The notes under the pieces are model-generated. The model was not told the origin of the DNA and did no database searches. It was given only the letters and a program-made list of their open reading frames with translations. This document shows positions 63,024-64,000 of a DNA stretch of 64,000 nucleotides, in pieces. Every line of letters starts with the position of its first letter. Within the stretch, counting starts at the first letter, position 1. Both the position numbers and the translations under genes were made by a program. Origin of the DNA: Mobula hypostoma (taxonomy: Eukaryota); contig NC_086097.1 of assembly GCF_963921235.1 (NCBI RefSeq), positions 131,938,001-132,002,000 on the forward strand, written 5' to 3'.

Positions 63024-63880
63024 ACTGAAAGAAGAGACAGTAAGAGATTTGAAAGTGGGAGGGGGAGGGGGAGATCTGAAATGATAGGAGAAGACAGGAG
63101 GGGGAGGGATGAAGCTAAGAGCTGGAAAGTTGATTGGCAAAGGGGATACAGAGTTGGAGAGGGGGAGGATCATGGGACGGGAGGCCTAGGGAGAAAGAAA
63201 GGAGGGAGGGGAGCCCAGAGGAAGATGGAGAACAGGCAAGGAGTGATTGTGAGAGAGACAGAGAGAGAAGAAAAAAAAGAGGGGGAAATAAAAATAAATA
63301 AGCGGTGGGTAAGAAGGGGAGGAGGGGCATTAACAGAAATCAATGTTCATGCCATCAGGTTGGAGGCTACCCAGACGGAATATAAGGTGTTGTTCCTCCA
63401 ACCTGAGTGTGGCTTCATCTTTACAGTAGGGGAGGCCATGGATTGACATATCAGAATGGGAATAGGACTTGGAATTAAAATGTGTGGCCACTGGGAGATC
63501 CTGTTTTCTCTGGTGGACAGAGCGTAGGTGTTCAGCGAAATGGTCTTCCAATCTATGTCTCTAACTTCCGTTAATGCCCCTCTTCCCCTTCTTACCCCAT
63601 CCCTTATTTATTTTTATTTCTCACCCTTTTTTTCCTTCTCTCTCTGTCCCTCTCACAATCACTGCTTGCCTGTTCTCCATCTTCCTCTGGGCTCCCCTCC
63701 CCCTTTCTTTCTCCCTCGCCCTCCCGTCCCATGATCCTCCCCCTTCTCCAACTCTGTATCCCTTTTGCCAAACAACTTTCCAGCTGTTAGCCTCATCCCT
63801 CCCCCTCCTGTCTTCTCCTATCATTTTGGATCTCCACTCCCCCTCCCACTTTCAAATCTCTTACTGTCTCTTCTTTCAGT

Positions 63881-63918
63881 TAGTCCTGATGAAGGGTCTT
63901 GGCCTGAAATATCGACTG
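63881..63918 (+). ncRNA. Minimal type-I hammerhead motif (intact core)
   Basis: UAGUC-CUGAUGA-A-GGGUCUUGGCCU-GAAA-UA-UC-GACUG. Confidence 0.7.
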
Positions 63919-64000
63919 TACTTCTTCCTATAGATGCTGCCTGGCCTGTTGTGTTCCACCAGCATTTTGTGTGTGTTGCTTGAATACTAGGTCAATGTTT

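Larger units (their letters stand above)
62894..63982. mobile_element. Penelope-like insertion with ~415-bp inverted terminal arms and 14-bp TSD
   Basis: 62921-63338 is the reverse complement of about 63563-63982. The spacer encodes EDHFAEHLRSV..DLPVATHFNS..EEQHLIFRLGSLQPDGMN on the minus strand. AATACTAGGCCAAT at 62880-62893 and AATACTAGGTCAAT at 63983-63996. Confidence 0.92.

Noticed and set aside
62910..63446. 178-aa G/R/E-rich ORF
   Set aside because: It is an antisense reading of the Penelope pyrimidine-rich terminal repeat.

Overview
Vertebrate, repeat-dominated, non-coding (intronic or intergenic) DNA. The repeat inventory points by inference to a cartilaginous fish, probably a ray or shark: CR1/HER1-type LINEs, HE1/V-SINEs, a SacSINE1-like DeuSINE, Rex1/Babar LINEs and Penelope-like elements. 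I found no host protein-coding exon, tRNA/rRNA gene or CRISPR array. Every recognisable ORF is a disrupted transposon fragment: Gypsy integrase plus 3' LTR at the start, CR1/Rex1/RTE reverse transcriptases, Penelope GIY-YIG, and Tc1/mariner transposases. Four structures stand out. (1) Many Penelope terminal repeats carry minimal type-I hammerhead ribozyme motifs, two with an intact core, and several form short or long self-inverted insertions bounded by 14-15 bp TSDs. (2) A 622-bp mariner derivative contains five TIR copies and has a transposase 3' end at both termini. (3) Two non-coding 0.65-0.83 kb retro-element families have an AAGATGGCG head and Rex1-like tails, and one has a conserved 3' stem-loop. 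(4) Several local inverted duplications look like template-switch products. Family names come from recalled motifs, not database searches, and boundaries of old degenerate repeats are approximate.
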